The notes: generated by a model not told the origin, from the letters alone. DNA of 64,000 bases from Nitrososphaerota archaeon (GCA_011605725.1 JAAOZP010000012.1:74238-138237); one strand, 5' to 3'; positions 19,949 to 30,094 are shown, counted from the stretch's first letter. Translations and numbers: made by a program.

Positions 19949-21444
19949 CCTGCTCCACTTCTGTTCTTCCCTATTTTTAATAAATACTTTCCCCTCTCGT
20001 AAAGAACACGGAGAGAGAGAACTGCACGCCTTATGTCTGGGAAAACAGGCATGCCTCTGGACTCAAGCATCCTTATCACCTCCTCTGAATGCAGCCCTCC
20101 GATGATGCATGGAACCATCGGTTTCTTACCGTTTTTAAACCACCACCATGCAATCTCAACCAGCCTGTCCGTAGTGTAAGGAGTTTGAAGCAGTAGAAAA
20201 GCAAGTATGCCGTCAGTATTCTCATCCTCGTTCACAATCCTGAAAACATGGTCAAACATCTCGTCAGTAACGTTCCCAGTAAGGTCGACGGGATTATTCA
20301 CTGAAGCGAAGCTCGGCAGTTTTTCCCTAAGCCTCTTCTTCGAGTCATGAGAGAGTTCAGCCATTCTCAACTCTCCCCCGACGTTTCTATCCTCAATGTA
20401 ATCAGCCGCGATTACCCCATAGCCTCCACCTGACGTCACCACGACGATGTTTGGACCAAAAATCGGCTTCTGGTAGGCAAGAATACGTGAATAGTCGAAG
20501 AGTTCCAGAAGATCATTCGCCCTGATCACCCCGACTTGCTTTAAGGCTCCATCCATAGCTTGACTCGGCTTAGCCATAGAGCCGGTGTGCAACATAGCTG
20601 CCCTCGCACCCGTCTCGGTTCTTCCGGCTTTAAGTATCACTACAGGTTTGTAGGGAGTAATTTTCCTGCAAAGCTCGAGTAAGCGTCTCCCGTCTGCGAA
20701 GCTTTCAATATGCATGCATAACACCTTAGTTTTATCATCCTTGGAAAAGAATTCGAGCATATCGTTCTCGTTAACGTCCAGCTTGTTGCCCAGGCCGACG
20801 AAGGCGGAAATACCATATTGATGGTACTCAGCCATATCCATGAAGCCACTTGCAGAAGCCCCGCTTTGAGAGATGTAGGCTATTGGACCGTCAGGCGGCC
20901 TCCTAGACTTCTCCCTTAGTACAAACATCGTGTCCAGGCTTTCGCTAGGAACATAAACACCCAGCGTGTTTGGCCCAAGCAACACCATGTTTGTATTAGC
21001 GATCCTATTTTTAATCTCTTCCTCCAGTTTACGCCCCTCCTCCCCCGTTTCGCCGAAGCCTGCGGAGATAACTATAACCGCCTTAACGCTCTTTCTAATG
21101 CAATCATCAATCACGCTTGGAACACTTCTAGCAGGCACAGCAATGACCGCGAGATCAACATCCTCAGGAATATCGCTAACTCTCCCATATGCTTTCACAC
21201 CGTCAATAGTCTCCTGCTTAATGTTGACAGGATATTTCCTACCGGGAAAACTCTGCAGGTAGCTCCACATTATCCCGCCTATTTTAAGCCTGTTTGAAGA
21301 AGCCCCGATTAAAGCAACGCTTCTAGGATGAATTAAATAGTTTAAGTTAGAATACCTCTCTTTTACACGCCTACGAGAGGACATTTCTAATCCGTAAGCC
21401 GGTTGAACCTGGCTTCGCCGACGCTTGCTGTAGCTCACACTCAA
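19945..21444 (-). CDS. Acetyl-CoA synthetase (ADP-forming), alpha subunit (CoA-binding plus succinyl-CoA synthetase-like domains)
   Basis: 499 aa; CoA-binding N-terminus HPRSVALIGASSNRLKIGG; true start may be an internal Met. Confidence 0.75.
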   Translation of the reverse strand: MSVSYSKRRRSQVQPAYGLEMSSRRRVKERYSNLNYLIHPRSVALIGASSNRLKIGGIMWSYLQSFPGRKYPVNIKQETIDGVKAYGRVSDIPEDVDLAVIAVPARSVPSVIDDCIRKSVKAVIVISAGFGETGEEGRKLEEEIKNRIANTNMVLLGPNTLGVYVPSESLDTMFVLREKSRRPPDGPIAYISQSGASASGFMDMAEYHQYGISAFVGLGNKLDVNENDMLEFFSKDDKTKVLCMHIESFADGRRLLELCRKITPYKPVVILKAGRTETGARAAMLHTGSMAKPSQAMDGALKQVGVIRANDLLELFDYSRILAYQKPIFGPNIVVVTSGGGYGVIAADYIEDRNVGGELRMAELSHDSKKRLREKLPSFASVNNPVDLTGNVTDEMFDHVFRIVNEDENTDGILAFLLLQTPYTTDRLVEIAWWWFKNGKKPMVPCIIGGLHSEEVIRMLESRGMPVFPDIRRAVLSLRVLYERGKYLLKIGKNRSGAG

Positions 21445-21567
21445 ACCTGTCCCACAGCATTCCTGAATCAGACTGTTGACCGGACATTGCTATACTGCTC
21501 CTCCGAGCGAGCTAGGGTTTTAACTTTTATAACTTTTACTTAGGACCGGAAGGAAGCATGTTCCATG

Positions 21568-22455
21568 CTATAGGTGTGACGCTATCTTGCTTAAAGAGGC
21601 TCTAGCATCCCTCAAGCCTAGTTCAAAAACTATTGGCCCGGTGAACCCAGTCTCCCTTAAGGCTTTGAAAAAGCCTTCAACATTAAGGTCTCCAGCCCCC
21701 AAGGGTAAATGATCCCTGACAACCAGCCTACCATTCTCGACCCGCCTGTAAGCATCGTGCAGATGTATTTCTCCAAGCCTGCTTGAGCATTTTCTGAGAG
21801 CGTTTTCGACGCTTATCTCTCCAGAGTATCCGGCGAGAATATGGCCAGTATCTATGCAGATTGACGTGTCAAATCTTTCAGCGATTTCAAGCGTTTTTGA
21901 AAACGGGAACTCTATCGACTCTAATGCTATTCTACGCGGCTTCACGCCAGCATCAGCCAAGTATGAAACTATCTGCCCAATGCTTTTAGAAGCATTTAGA
22001 GCAAGCGTCTCGAAAAAGAGCTGCTTATAACCTGGGTTAATCCTCATCCTGTTAACCTCCGCAGCCAAAGGACCTGCTACGTGAAGAACATAAGCGAGCG
22101 GTTTAAGATCCTCCAGCACTGTAACGGGCTTAATGACCGCGCTGACCGAGGCTGCCCGAATATCCTCAACCGGGGAGTCAAGCTCGATAGACCAGATGGG
22201 CAGGTGTGCGGAGAAAGTAATACCCTCCTCTCTCATGGAAACCCATTCATCCAGGTTCTTACTCGAGAATGAAGCTGGAAGAACATAGTAAAGATCGGCG
22301 CTGAGCTCAACATGCTTAAAACCGTTTTCAACAGTCTTCCTAACCAGCTTTGAATAGTCAAGGAACACTGAGCCATCTTCAAGCTCTAAACCTTCTAATA
22401 CTCCCTCCAGCGAGAGAGCTGTAGCCCCAAGCCTTAAGCCAGCCTGGTTACCCAT
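21568..22455 (-). CDS. Sugar phosphate isomerase/epimerase family protein (TIM barrel)
   Basis: 295 aa with xylose-isomerase-like TIM barrel pattern (HLHD, FELG); weak motif match. Confidence 0.5.
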   Translation of the reverse strand: MGNQAGLRLGATALSLEGVLEGLELEDGSVFLDYSKLVRKTVENGFKHVELSADLYYVLPASFSSKNLDEWVSMREEGITFSAHLPIWSIELDSPVEDIRAASVSAVIKPVTVLEDLKPLAYVLHVAGPLAAEVNRMRINPGYKQLFFETLALNASKSIGQIVSYLADAGVKPRRIALESIEFPFSKTLEIAERFDTSICIDTGHILAGYSGEISVENALRKCSSRLGEIHLHDAYRRVENGRLVVRDHLPLGAGDLNVEGFFKALRETGFTGPIVFELGLRDARASLSKIASHL

Positions 22456-22490
22456 GCTACCTCAACCAACTATATATGACGGTTATAAGA

Positions 22491-22796
22491 TTATATTATG
22501 GCCTCAGGCATCAAAACCACTCTACTAGTCTCGTTTAAAACGGTTGACTGAGCCTCATCCACCGGGACCACCCTTCCGTCCAACACTATCGTAAAGTCCT
22601 CTGAGAGTCTTTCTGTTTCCCCGGAGAAAACCCTTTCCTTAAACCTCTTCCCATATTTATCCGCCATTTTCTTAACCAGATCGTAAACAGTACTTCCTTC
22701 TTTCATATCGATAAGCGTCTCAGTAGACCCAACGATATCCCTAAACTGGCCTACGAGCTCCACGCGAATCTTCATCACTCCGTTAACCTTAGGCAC
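22491..22796 (-). CDS. Small hypothetical protein, possible MoaD/ThiS-like beta-grasp fold
   Basis: 101 aa; MKIRVELVG...VLDGRVVPV pattern; no C-terminal Gly-Gly, so assignment is weak. Confidence 0.35.
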   Translation of the reverse strand: MPKVNGVMKIRVELVGQFRDIVGSTETLIDMKEGSTVYDLVKKMADKYGKRFKERVFSGETERLSEDFTIVLDGRVVPVDEAQSTVLNETSRVVLMPEAII

Positions 22797-23226
22797 ACTG
22801 CTTTAAAATAAATGTTTTCATTTAAAGCTAGTTAGGCGCAATATTTCCGGCACATGGCTTGTCACGCATACGTCTTTCCTGCGGGTTAAAATAGCGTTCA
22901 TACCTATTAATGACATGGGGCCTGATCAACATTTTGGAGCCCACGCCAAGGAGGCTTGAACGATAAATTTCCAGGAGGAGGTTGAACGCTACATTATGGC
23001 ACTGCTTGAGGAAACCTCTCCGGAGAAGGCTTCATCACGCGAGAGAGTGGTGGACTGCCTGTAACGCCGCCTTTAGCGGCTGCCGAAGCCTCGCTAACCA
23101 AGGAGTGAAATATGGAAAAAGTAGCAATGCTAAGGGTTTGAAGACATCCGTGGAACAATGAAGCACACCGGCGCGCGGGTTTTCATGAACTATACGCATA
23201 AAAACTTTGCTGAGAGCTTGAAATCC

Positions 23227-23925
23227 CTACAATAAGTCAACTAGCTCCTTTAGGCTAGATATTTTAAGGCACTGCTCGTCCCCATACCTTCCCGTCCTGT
23301 CAATAAGAATGGCGTTCATACCGGCTGAACGCGGACCCAGATAATCCTCCTCATACTTGTCTCCAACGTGTAGAATTTTTTCCAGCGGAGTCTTGGAAAG
23401 CCTGGATGCGACGCGAAATATTTCAGGACTAGGTTTCTCAAACCCGATGTCGCCTGAAGCAATGAGCATGTCGAAATACTCTAAGAGACCTGCTTTTCTC
23501 AAGTATGTTGCTAGGTTCCTGCTGGAAGAAACGTTTGAAATAGTTATCAGCTGGAAACCACTGTTTTTAAGCTCCTTCAAAGTGTGTTCAGCATCTTCAT
23601 AGGCCCGAAAGACTGCTTCAGTCAACCAGTAGTCGCGCAAATGCTCAGCAAGACCCTGGTTAGGGATGGAAAGGTTTGAAACCATTTTTCGAAGCAGCCT
23701 AATCCAAGCATTTTCATTCCAGACTTCTCTAGTCATTGCTTTCTCCTGGCTCCACCATAAGCGAGCATCCTTCAAAGCCTCCTCAACCTCAACCGGTTTA
23801 AACTGATACCCTAGCTTGAGCAGAATCCTGTGGAAAACCATGTGGTCCTCTTCAGCCTCATAATAGAGGGTTCCACCGCAGTCGAAAGAAACCGTTCTAA
23901 CTATATTTTTAAACAATAACCGCAT
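23227..23925 (-). CDS. HAD-superfamily hydrolase
   Basis: 232 aa; motif I FDCGGTL near N-terminus and C-terminal GD motif (HVGDKYEED). Confidence 0.75.
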   Translation of the reverse strand: MRLLFKNIVRTVSFDCGGTLYYEAEEDHMVFHRILLKLGYQFKPVEVEEALKDARLWWSQEKAMTREVWNENAWIRLLRKMVSNLSIPNQGLAEHLRDYWLTEAVFRAYEDAEHTLKELKNSGFQLITISNVSSSRNLATYLRKAGLLEYFDMLIASGDIGFEKPSPEIFRVASRLSKTPLEKILHVGDKYEEDYLGPRSAGMNAILIDRTGRYGDEQCLKISSLKELVDLL

Positions 23926-23943
23926 CTCACGATGCTTGACGAC

Positions 23944-24381
23944 TCAACTTTTCCCCTTCCACCACTGGAACAGCTTTTTACTAAGCTCATGTATCTTCCT
24001 AGCGCTATCTATTGCTTTCTCAGCATCCTCCCTGGAATATAGCTCCCTAGGCGGGATGAAGGCATTCTCATCCCCGTAGAAAGCCGGACCCCTTTCTCCG
24101 GCAAGCCTTTTACTCGCAATACTGATTGTTTCCAGTTCAAATCTAAACCAGTCTGGAAGAACTCTTATGCGAGCGATTTCAGCCAATGCATCGCTGACAT
24201 CGTGCTCGCGTGGATACTCTACGCCAAGTAGTCTGAGAACAGCCTTCAGGCTTAGTTCAACGCTTTCCTGCGCCCTCCTAACAGTTCTGTGATACATCTT
24301 TTTGGCTAAGGCTTCTTCAGCCTCGTAGAGGGAATACTCAGCATCGTCAAGATAGCCTCTAGCCATAGCCTCGGTGTTCAA
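23944..24381 (-). CDS. HEPN domain protein (toxin-antitoxin partner of MNT)
   Basis: 145 aa helical protein immediately downstream of and overlapping the nucleotidyltransferase gene; R-x-x-H-like element in VEYPREHDV. Confidence 0.65.
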   Translation of the reverse strand: MNTEAMARGYLDDAEYSLYEAEEALAKKMYHRTVRRAQESVELSLKAVLRLLGVEYPREHDVSDALAEIARIRVLPDWFRFELETISIASKRLAGERGPAFYGDENAFIPPRELYSREDAEKAIDSARKIHELSKKLFQWWKGKS

Positions 24382-24917
24382 ATCTCAACGACCTCGCCAG
24401 GTTTTATATCGGGTTTCAGATCCCAGAGCCACGTTCCATTCTTAAGGTAAATGCGTCTAGCTTTGAGTTCATCCAGCCTTTTCCTAAGGTTGGTGAAAAT
24501 CGATTCCATAAAGCCATCTTTGTCAACCAAGATAACGGCATCCTCAACCATATCCAAGTATATTGGCCTATGGAACTTTGCCTCCTCCGGAGTAAGAGGG
24601 TAAAATTGCACCCATGTGTTAACACCCTTCTTTCCAAGCTCTTTATACACCGGGGTTTCTCTAAGCTTAATCAGGATCCTAGCCATAATCTCCATTTTTT
24701 CACTAATCCTTTTAGGAAGATTCTCTGCCACAAGGAGGATATCTGTGTCGCTAGTCGGCTTAGCGTCTCCCCTGGCTACGGAACCAAAGACAACTAGGCT
24801 CACCAGTTTTTCTTTAAAAAAATCATTAAGAAGATTAATAATTTCTTTAATGAATTCTCTTCTATCCGGATCTATTATACTGGTTAATCCATATCTTGGC
24901 TTCATCGATCCTTGCAT
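24378..24917 (-). CDS. Minimal nucleotidyltransferase (MNT), Pol-beta superfamily
   Basis: 179 aa; diagnostic LVVFGSVARGDAKPTSDTDILLV (GS...DxD) motif. Confidence 0.85.
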   Translation of the reverse strand: MQGSMKPRYGLTSIIDPDRREFIKEIINLLNDFFKEKLVSLVVFGSVARGDAKPTSDTDILLVAENLPKRISEKMEIMARILIKLRETPVYKELGKKGVNTWVQFYPLTPEEAKFHRPIYLDMVEDAVILVDKDGFMESIFTNLRKRLDELKARRIYLKNGTWLWDLKPDIKPGEVVEI

Positions 24918-25117
24918 TTTGAAATATCTTGACTCATTACACTTTATATACTTTTAGCATCTGAGTAGAAAAACGTAAGCATTAATACGAGATGGTCAGG
25001 TCAACATTAGCGTACTAAACAGATGGTAACCATAGTAAAGTTAATATCGCCAGAAAAAATCCTTCGGCAATATGAACTAGCGCGCGCCCATAATCATGAA
25101 GGAGAACACCATCACCG

Positions 25118-25450
25118 TCAGAGAGCCGTTATAAGCAACAGGGAGACTTTCCCGCCGAAACCCTTCCGGAGCAGGAAAACCCAGAAAACAACGTAAAGTG
25201 CTGAACCTGCAGCAGACTGTATGGGGAACAGGCCTAGAAGATTCAGATACAGCCATGCGAGGAGAAACAGTAAGCATAAGGCGTCTGCCTGAAGCTTCCC
25301 ACGGTTTTTAAAAATCTGAACAATAATGGTTGTCCTGCTGCAGAATGTTGAGCCGATAAGGTAGGAAACCATGCTGAAGAAGAGGAGGCCCCAAAGCCAT
25401 ATATCAGGGTAAGTGAACTTCGAATAAGGGATGTGGAGGATAAGCACCAC
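25118..25450 (-). CDS. Small hypothetical membrane protein
   Basis: 110 aa strongly hydrophobic ORF; no recognisable family; could be spurious. Confidence 0.25.
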   Translation of the reverse strand: MVLILHIPYSKFTYPDIWLWGLLFFSMVSYLIGSTFCSRTTIIVQIFKNRGKLQADALCLLFLLAWLYLNLLGLFPIQSAAGSALYVVFWVFLLRKGFGGKVSLLLITAL

Positions 25451-25665
25451 ATAGGGTGCGGCGTAGAATGATACTAGCGTCAGCGAAAAAATCGCCTTAT
25501 GGTTTACGAATATTCAGACGCTTTCAAGCCGTGATGCATCCTTAGGCTGGCCTTATTAACTTAGCCTGGTTATTATTGATCCATGGGAAACTAGGCCTTA
25601 ACCAGTTATTTGAAGCGCGTCTTTGAAAGGAAGTCGATAATTTCATTAAGAATGAGCAAATGCGC

Positions 25666-26196
25666 TTAACTAATGCTGGCAACCTCTGGTGGGTGAGCTA
25701 AGCTGGAAGTCGAATACTTTTGCTTTCTCCACGGGTTCTTATAAATCTCTATGACCTCCGATATTACGTTTGGCAACTCCTCTGGCCTACCGACGCCGAC
25801 CCCGGGGCATATGAAAGCATATTGATTAAAGTAAACATAGTATGTCTCACCCTTATAGTAAAACTCAGCCTCACCGCAGCTTACGGATTTTGGCTTCCTG
25901 TAAACCAGGAAGGGCCATACCTTACAAGAAAACGGTTTTAGGCCCAGCTCATGCAGACTGCACAACCCGTATTCGTCCAGAAAGACACATCTCCCACCAA
26001 TTTTTCTCAAGTATGGCTTCACATCAACAACCACGGCCTCCGGCATTAGCTCAAAAATTTTCGCATACTCGTAGGGGCTGAGGGTCACTTTAAACTTCGT
26101 GCAACACTCTCCACACCTGAGACAGGCCCAGGACCCCACTCTTCTCCAAGGTATTTCCCCAACCATTTTTTTCCCTACCAGGTGGCAGTAATGCAT
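25666..26196 (-). CDS. YkgJ-family zinc/iron-chelating (CxxCxxCC) domain protein
   Basis: 176 aa; LRCGECCTKF motif and further Cys residues typical of the YkgJ family. Confidence 0.55.
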   Translation of the reverse strand: MHYCHLVGKKMVGEIPWRRVGSWACLRCGECCTKFKVTLSPYEYAKIFELMPEAVVVDVKPYLRKIGGRCVFLDEYGLCSLHELGLKPFSCKVWPFLVYRKPKSVSCGEAEFYYKGETYYVYFNQYAFICPGVGVGRPEELPNVISEVIEIYKNPWRKQKYSTSSLAHPPEVASIS

Positions 26197-26354
26197 TTAA
26201 ATTTGGAACAGAGATATAAAATTTTAAAGTGTGCGCAGCGAATTCTTAGACGTAAATTATTAATTAACTTTAGAATGTGGCGACTCTGCCGATAACAACC
26301 CAGTTAGAAGAGCACGTGCACGGTGTTTAGAGCAACCCACAGCTCTGAGCCTCC

Positions 26355-27362
26355 TCAGAGATCCGTGTAATCAAGCACTACTGGGAGCCCGGGTAGGACC
26401 GGTATTCTAGTTAGGCTGCTCGCCATCCTCCAGGCTTCTATGCTCCACTTACGATGCGCAGGGGTTTCCGAACCCTTATCTTTTATTGAGAAGGCTTTCG
26501 CGAGCATTGGTGATGATGCTATGATTGATGAGACTATTCCGCCTAAGAGGCCCAGCGGATTATTCAGAAAGAATGTTGCTAAAAGCCCAGTTAGCAAGCC
26601 TACTGCGGCGAGGGCTGCTGAGGCGGTTAGCATTGTTGCCCGTGACCTAGTGCTTAACGGGTACTCGACAAAGAGGACCCTGCCCCCGGCCGCGTCCAGG
26701 AGAATCCTGTACGGCTTACCCTTGTAAGCGTACTCCATTAGCCAGAACGGGTAGTGGACTAGCCCAAGATAGTTAACTTCAACCCTCTCAAGCCTCTTTG
26801 AGCCTCCGCAGCTCCTGCTAGCTTCATCCATAGCCTGCCCAGATATTAACCGGTACGCGATATTATAGGCTTCCTCGTAGCTCAAGGTAGGCATGTAGAA
26901 CCTGCTTCTCTGGGCTTGACTCGGGTTGAAGAAGCTTCTCCCCCTCACCGAGAACGAGAGTTCCTTGGCATGGTTGTCGAGCCAGGTGCCTGTGTACGCT
27001 GCCAGAATAGGCGTGTTCCGCGTCTCAAGGTAGCTGGCCTGCCTGTCGCCGTAGGAGCAGGAGGAGTATGCCTTGCAGCTGAAAACATGATAGGGAACGT
27101 TGTAGAGCTCAGCTTTGCGAAGATTAGCCTCAGCGTTGAAATCGTCAGGTACGCCGTACCTCCTGGTTATGAACTGCATTGCTTTACGCCAGGCTGACGG
27201 GCTCTCCACGTAGGCTGGAAACATGTAGTATGTCCAGGTCTTCCCGGTTGAAAGCTCGAAGGTGTGGCCGCAGTAGGGGCAGACGATTATTGAGGCTGAT
27301 TGCGGCGCGTTTATAGAAGCGTTGCAGTTTAGGCACGTGACTGTCTTCATGCTCACTTCCAC
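26355..27362 (-). CDS. Uncharacterised protein: N-terminal zinc ribbon, central conserved domain, C-terminal transmembrane hairpin (paralog A)
   Basis: 335 aa; CLNC...CPYC ribbon, internal W-x3-Y-x-YKG-x2-YR motif (FWLMEYAYKGKPYR), C-terminal hydrophobic segments; start overlaps paralog B by 10 nt. Confidence 0.5.
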   Translation of the reverse strand: MEVSMKTVTCLNCNASINAPQSASIIVCPYCGHTFELSTGKTWTYYMFPAYVESPSAWRKAMQFITRRYGVPDDFNAEANLRKAELYNVPYHVFSCKAYSSCSYGDRQASYLETRNTPILAAYTGTWLDNHAKELSFSVRGRSFFNPSQAQRSRFYMPTLSYEEAYNIAYRLISGQAMDEASRSCGGSKRLERVEVNYLGLVHYPFWLMEYAYKGKPYRILLDAAGGRVLFVEYPLSTRSRATMLTASAALAAVGLLTGLLATFFLNNPLGLLGGIVSSIIASSPMLAKAFSIKDKGSETPAHRKWSIEAWRMASSLTRIPVLPGLPVVLDYTDL

Positions 27363-28315
27363 TTCTCCTCCCTAACGTCGCTAACAGCCTTACTCGCCAG
27401 GAGGGCTCCGGCTGCTGAAACAAGTATGAAGCCGAGTACTGGAAACCATTCTCTGAAAGACGGCAGGAGGGCCAGTATGAAGGCGCCTGCCGCAACTGAC
27501 AGGATGCTTCCGAGTATGTACAGTATTCTCTGGCCTAGGAAGACTGGTTCCGAAACCCTTAGGAATTGAAGGTTGTAGCCTGAGACGCTTGCCCTATACA
27601 TTCCACCCTTATACTTGTATACGAGGCTCCACATCGGAGCCAGCAGTATCCAGAGCGAGTTCACCCTGGCCTCGCAGGAATAATAGTAGAAGCCGTCTAA
27701 GCCGTTGGATGAGCGTGTGCTTTCCCTCAGCTCGTCCTCAACCATGTCCTTAAGCTCGTCCTCAGCCTCCTCAGGGAGAAGCTCAGCGTTTAAAACCTGT
27801 AGCCCAACGTTCCTCCAGTCTACCGCAGCTAGGGGTTGAGGGTCTTTAGCGGACTTCGCCTGGCTCACAAGCTCCTCCAAGCCGTACTCAGCAGCCTCCC
27901 TCCTAGCCGTGAAGGCGAGCCTCATCGAAGTGTTGAAAGACCCTTTCTTCGTCACGGTCCTGGTGACGAACGATTTACCCCTTTTCTCAGTAACCCTCCG
28001 GAAACCGGACCACTCGACGAAAGCGGAAACATCCCCCATGAGAATCGGCACGTAGAAGCCCTGAGCCTCGACAAGCTCAATGTCGCCGTAGACCCTGCTC
28101 ATATCCGGGTCGCTCCTCATCCTGCTCCAGAAGGCGTTCACCACCTCATCCCTTGTCCGAGTCGGCAGTATGAATATTTCAAACCTCCCTGTTGAGAACC
28201 AGTTAACCGTCCCACAGTATTCGCACACGCATGCTATTGTCTCAGGAGTGTAATTCAAGGGAGCACCGCAGTTTGAGCATTTGAAGACCTTTTCAGATAT
28301 GGTTGACTCTGTCAA
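27353..28315 (-). CDS. Uncharacterised protein: N-terminal zinc ribbon, central conserved domain, C-terminal transmembrane hairpin (paralog B)
   Basis: 320 aa; CSNC...CEYC ribbon, motif MWSLVYKYKGGMYR, two C-terminal hydrophobic helices; start overlaps upstream gene by 4 nt. Confidence 0.5.
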   Translation of the reverse strand: MTESTISEKVFKCSNCGAPLNYTPETIACVCEYCGTVNWFSTGRFEIFILPTRTRDEVVNAFWSRMRSDPDMSRVYGDIELVEAQGFYVPILMGDVSAFVEWSGFRRVTEKRGKSFVTRTVTKKGSFNTSMRLAFTARREAAEYGLEELVSQAKSAKDPQPLAAVDWRNVGLQVLNAELLPEEAEDELKDMVEDELRESTRSSNGLDGFYYYSCEARVNSLWILLAPMWSLVYKYKGGMYRASVSGYNLQFLRVSEPVFLGQRILYILGSILSVAAGAFILALLPSFREWFPVLGFILVSAAGALLASKAVSDVREEKWK

Positions 28316-28716
28316 CGCCTACCAATCCTTGAAACCATTACCCCGACCACGACGATTATTATGAGGGATATGCTCAGGTTCAGCGGCAGGTTTCCGGTGA
28401 GAAGTGTTAGTAAGAGTGAGAAACCGAGGCAGCACATCACTAGTCCCCAAATAAGGTAATACTTAAAGTCGGCAGCGTAAATCGAGAAGAAAATAGTGTA
28501 GAACCCAAGCATGATGAGCGGCAGTGAAACTAGAGTAAGCGGTTCACCGTAGCCTGTTGAAAACAGTATGCCGTCTACGCCTATTGAGACTAGCAGGACA
28601 GCCAGCGCGTAGCTCCCATACCCGGCTTTTCTACTCATCTCATTAGCCTCACAACCACAAGGCGAGCTTTGAATATATAACTTTTCCCTCATCTTCGTCA
28701 AGGATTGAAGGGACAT
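28312..28716 (-). CDS. Small polytopic membrane protein
   Basis: 134 aa (or ~108 aa from an internal Met) with 3-4 hydrophobic helices; start shares one nucleotide with the ATPase stop (TAATG). Confidence 0.4.
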   Translation of the reverse strand: MSLQSLTKMREKLYIQSSPCGCEANEMSRKAGYGSYALAVLLVSIGVDGILFSTGYGEPLTLVSLPLIMLGFYTIFFSIYAADFKYYLIWGLVMCCLGFSLLLTLLTGNLPLNLSISLIIIVVVGVMVSRIGRR

Positions 28717-29996
28717 TACGCACCTCGCCTCAATTTCCTCGTTATGCTTGCCAATTCTTCTGGGCCAAGCTCCTCGTGAGAACCCGACACTCTGGGAGGC
28801 TTCTCGCTGAGACTTATGAGCCCTGCCCTCGGTATTCCTTGGGAATGAATTAGTTCTATAGATCTCCTAGCTTCACTCTCGCTGATCTCCCCTATCTTAA
28901 CTTCATACCCTATCATCGGGGCCCTGCCCTTCGAATCCAAGATGACTATATCCACATCCCCCTTCCCCCCAGGCAGAATCATGTAGCTCCTCACCCCTCC
29001 TAGATACTCGGCAAGCATCTCCCCCAGGCTAAACTGTAGCTCCCTACCCAACACGCTTAGAATAATGCCTTCATCTATTTTTACGCGCGGCGATTCGCTG
29101 ATGTTCAGCTTCTGGTCAAGATAATAGACTAGCGAGAGCAGGGGAGACCTGTGCTTGAAATAGTTCCTCGAACCCCTGGTTTTCCATAGCGGGATTTTCT
29201 CTAGAATCCCCATGCAGGTAAGCCTTTCAAGCAAACCGGTTACTGTTGGAAGGCCGCCAGATATCAGGTTGTTCGCGGTTAAAACCCCTGAGATCTCCGC
29301 TGGCATCCATATGCCTCCTCCCACTATCCTGATGACCGCGTCGTAAACCCTTGTTAACATCCTCTCCTCCTCCTCAAAAACCTCTCCGACAAGCCCAGGT
29401 GCTGACGCAACGAAGTATTGAATCTTATTGCGGATTTCTGAAAAAACATCCTTTTCGAATGAGACCATAGGGATCACCCATGGGTCTCGGACAATCAGCC
29501 CCCATAGTAAGGCGTTCCTGAGGGAAGAACATATCTTACTGAGAGAGAGAACAGCGTCAGAGTAGCTTATCAAGTCCACCTTGAATGGCGAGAACAAGCC
29601 TAGGAGAGGACTCTTTCTCTCGAAAACCCTTCTCACGATGCTGAGGCTCGAACCGCTTGCAACCAGCCTTCCGTTCGGATGGTTCGCGGCAATCGAGTCC
29701 CAATACTTATCTGGCAACCTTTGAAACTCATCCAATAGGACAACCCTTCCATCCCTCAAGAGGTTTCCGATACGTCTAACCGCCTCCTCAGGATTAACAT
29801 GTGAAAAACCGTTTTCATCCCAAGCGGCAACGCTGCCAGACCTGGTCACCATAAAGTAGTTAGACTGGGTGAAAACCCTTTTTAGCAGGAAGGTCTTCCC
29901 GGTTTTCCGCCTCCCGTAAACCAGTATCCATCCTCTTAGACCTCTTAATTCGTCTTCCTCTCTCCTGCTTACTACGATATGAGGAATATTCTCCAT
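28716..29996 (-). CDS. Archaeal-type AAA+ ATPase with C-terminal DUF234-like domain
   Basis: 426 aa; Walker A GRRKTGKT, Walker B VVLLDEF; architecture resembles the PF01637 archaeal ATPase plus DUF234 C-terminus. Confidence 0.65.
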   Translation of the reverse strand: MENIPHIVVSRREEDELRGLRGWILVYGRRKTGKTFLLKRVFTQSNYFMVTRSGSVAAWDENGFSHVNPEEAVRRIGNLLRDGRVVLLDEFQRLPDKYWDSIAANHPNGRLVASGSSLSIVRRVFERKSPLLGLFSPFKVDLISYSDAVLSLSKICSSLRNALLWGLIVRDPWVIPMVSFEKDVFSEIRNKIQYFVASAPGLVGEVFEEEERMLTRVYDAVIRIVGGGIWMPAEISGVLTANNLISGGLPTVTGLLERLTCMGILEKIPLWKTRGSRNYFKHRSPLLSLVYYLDQKLNISESPRVKIDEGIILSVLGRELQFSLGEMLAEYLGGVRSYMILPGGKGDVDIVILDSKGRAPMIGYEVKIGEISESEARRSIELIHSQGIPRAGLISLSEKPPRVSGSHEELGPEELASITRKLRRGA

Positions 29997-30094
29997 AGAA
30001 TATTCCCATTAGAATATTCTTATAAACTTTTAGCTTATCCTACACACCAGTTCAGATTTGCTTCTTAACTATCGAGTCTACTTGTTTATTCAAA

